From Octopus vulgaris (Eukaryota), in the NCBI GenBank assembly GCA_951406725.2, contig OX597818.1:49414001-49478000 (forward strand): 64,000 nt of DNA, read 5' to 3'. The translations under genes and the position numbers were made by a program. Positions 61,901-64,000 of this stretch are shown here, piece by piece. The notes beneath the pieces were generated by a model. The model saw only the letters and a program-made list of their open reading frames with translations. It searched no databases and was not told the origin of the DNA. Numbering within the stretch: the first letter of the stretch is position 1; every line of letters begins with the position of its first letter.

Positions 61901-64000
61901 TCTGCTTTATCAGGTTTGACCTGGGGGCTCAACGACAGATTTTTATCTCTTTAAAAAGATATTTTTAATAAAACGCAAAATAATTAAGTAATTGATTTCC
62001 TAAACATACGCAGATCCTAGAAAATATTTAAAATGATTAATTTAACACACTAAAGAAAGGTTTGACACAAGTTAAATATTTTGTGATTTTTGTCATAGAA
62101 TTTCTGTAGCTTTTGTAGCTAAAAGTCTTATGTTAAACATTTCCAAACATAAGTTAAATAATGTTATTGTCATAACTGTTTACAGAATTATATTGGTCTC
62201 ATAACTGCATCTACATTTCATACAAAAAATTAAGGTCCTTATAATGCTTATTTTATAACAGAATATCTTTCAATTAAATTACAGGACCAGTAGGGTACAT
62301 TGAATTGCAAGGCAACCATGTTTTTATATTCTAATTAGAATATAATTAGTCTTCAAAACTGATCACAAACACTTATTTTATTTGATCATTTGTTCAGAAT
62401 ATATTTTATCTCCTAAATAGAAATAATCTAAGCAAGACTAAAATGTCATCTAATTAAGCAATAAGATACAACACACGTTATATATATATGTGTATGTGTC
62501 ATATAAATGTGTATGTATAAAGAGATTTATATACTGTCATAGTGATACGTGTAACATGTATTGACTCAGATTAGCTCATATCTAAATTAACAAAACTTTG
62601 TCACATATACAATCATATACAAAAACCTTTAAATTTCTAGAAAAATTAAATGATCTCTTAAAGGAATATAAAAAATATAAAAATCAGTAAAATTCCAGAA
62701 AATATCATAATCTTGTTTTCGTTATATAAGCCAGTCAATGTTTTGTTACGATTTTACAACCAGCCAAATTCCCCACCTCAAAACGAATTGAAAATATTTT
62801 TTTTTTTTTTATTGGCAGGAAATATAAACTAAATACTGCTTCAAATAAAATTTTTAAATTTTGATTTTGATTTTTCTTTTTTTTTTTCTGATGAGAAAGA
62901 TAAGACAGAAAGGAAGCTGAAAGCTATCAGCCCTAACCATAGCAATTCAATAAATCAATAGCAGCTGTTTAAACAGAATTATAATTATGTAACAATAGGG
63001 CTTTACTTCTTAACAACAAACTTAATATTAGTAGCAAAGCAAAAAAACGATAAACAATATTGTTTATATTAATTTTTTAAATATTTTTTTTCCTTTTTTT
63101 TTTTCAAGTGATCATGTAGGATTTATTTTAAGAGAAAAAAAATTCATTTAAAAATTCTGGGAAGTACAATTTGATGTGGCAGCAGCAGCATAGCCAATGG
63201 TGAGCCAAGAAGTTACCTTCCAGCAACTAATATGACAGCTCAAGCTGCACAGGGAAGCAGAAAACATAACATTATTAGGGTTTCATTATGAAAAAGAAAA
63301 TTGTTTAAAATATGAATTAATATCTAAGGAAGTCGACATTAGTTATGAAGCATGTTTTTTTTCTTTTTTTCTTTGTTCTTGTTGTTAAGCACCTTAGTAA
63401 TAAAATTAATAAGTGATGTAGCCAAGTGGAAAGGCTGCTGCCAATAGAAGTGGGACAAAAGATGACAAACTACAAAAGAATTTCTTCCTGATGCCAGACT
63501 TTCATTACAATACCTAATTGTTATAATATTACTTGCGTCAGTGTTAGAAATCCTTATTATTATTATTATTATTACCATTACCATAATTAATACTATTATC
63601 CAAAAGAATCCCTGACAAATATCTGAGTGTGGAGAATTCTTTACCAGAATCATAGAGGAAGATGTATGAAGTTCAAGACTATTGGTTTTGCTGTAAACAT
63701 GTGTACACAAACTAATCATATTACCACAGACATACTTAACTGCAATTAATTAAATTGTGTACACATATATACTGATACAAAACAAACAGGGTGCAATCAC
63801 ATTAATTTTCAAATTAAATGCATCTACATTTACACATATGTATATGTTGTTGAGTGTTCAGCCATATAAGACTCAATTCATAGGACTGAGTTTACTCATA
63901 TATATACATATATATATATTTACGCATACAATATGTGAATGCGTTTTTCATGTTCCCATAAGAATTTAAGGAACTGACTGCAGCCGATTGTTATCATTGT

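Overview
AT-rich, repeat-dense animal genomic DNA. The SINE, LINE and microsatellite landscape looks like an octopus/coleoid cephalopod; this is inference from repeat style, not a database match. The left 25 kb holds a + strand gene rebuilt by hand as 13 GT-AG exons (1632-24737) with continuous phase. It encodes a CxxC/CxxC zinc ribbon, a long Ser-rich region, an F-box and about 11 cysteine-containing LRRs (809 aa if started at ATG 1918; the true 5' end may lie left of the window). The rest is mostly tRNA-derived SINEs of three types, RTE/CR1/CRE LINE fragments, two mariner relics, MITEs, Penelope-like inverted remnants, a 28S rRNA fragment and a few orphan exon-like segments. Best leads: (1) the first large exon is open in two frames for about 90 codons, and a 43-nt MITE-derived candidate cassette exon inside a perfect 57-bp inverted repeat would switch between them; (2) a tRNA-headed SINE carries a minimal hammerhead ribozyme motif in a Penelope-like inverted arrangement; (3) an 8 x 184-bp satellite arose from a SINE. 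All are hypotheses from sequence alone.
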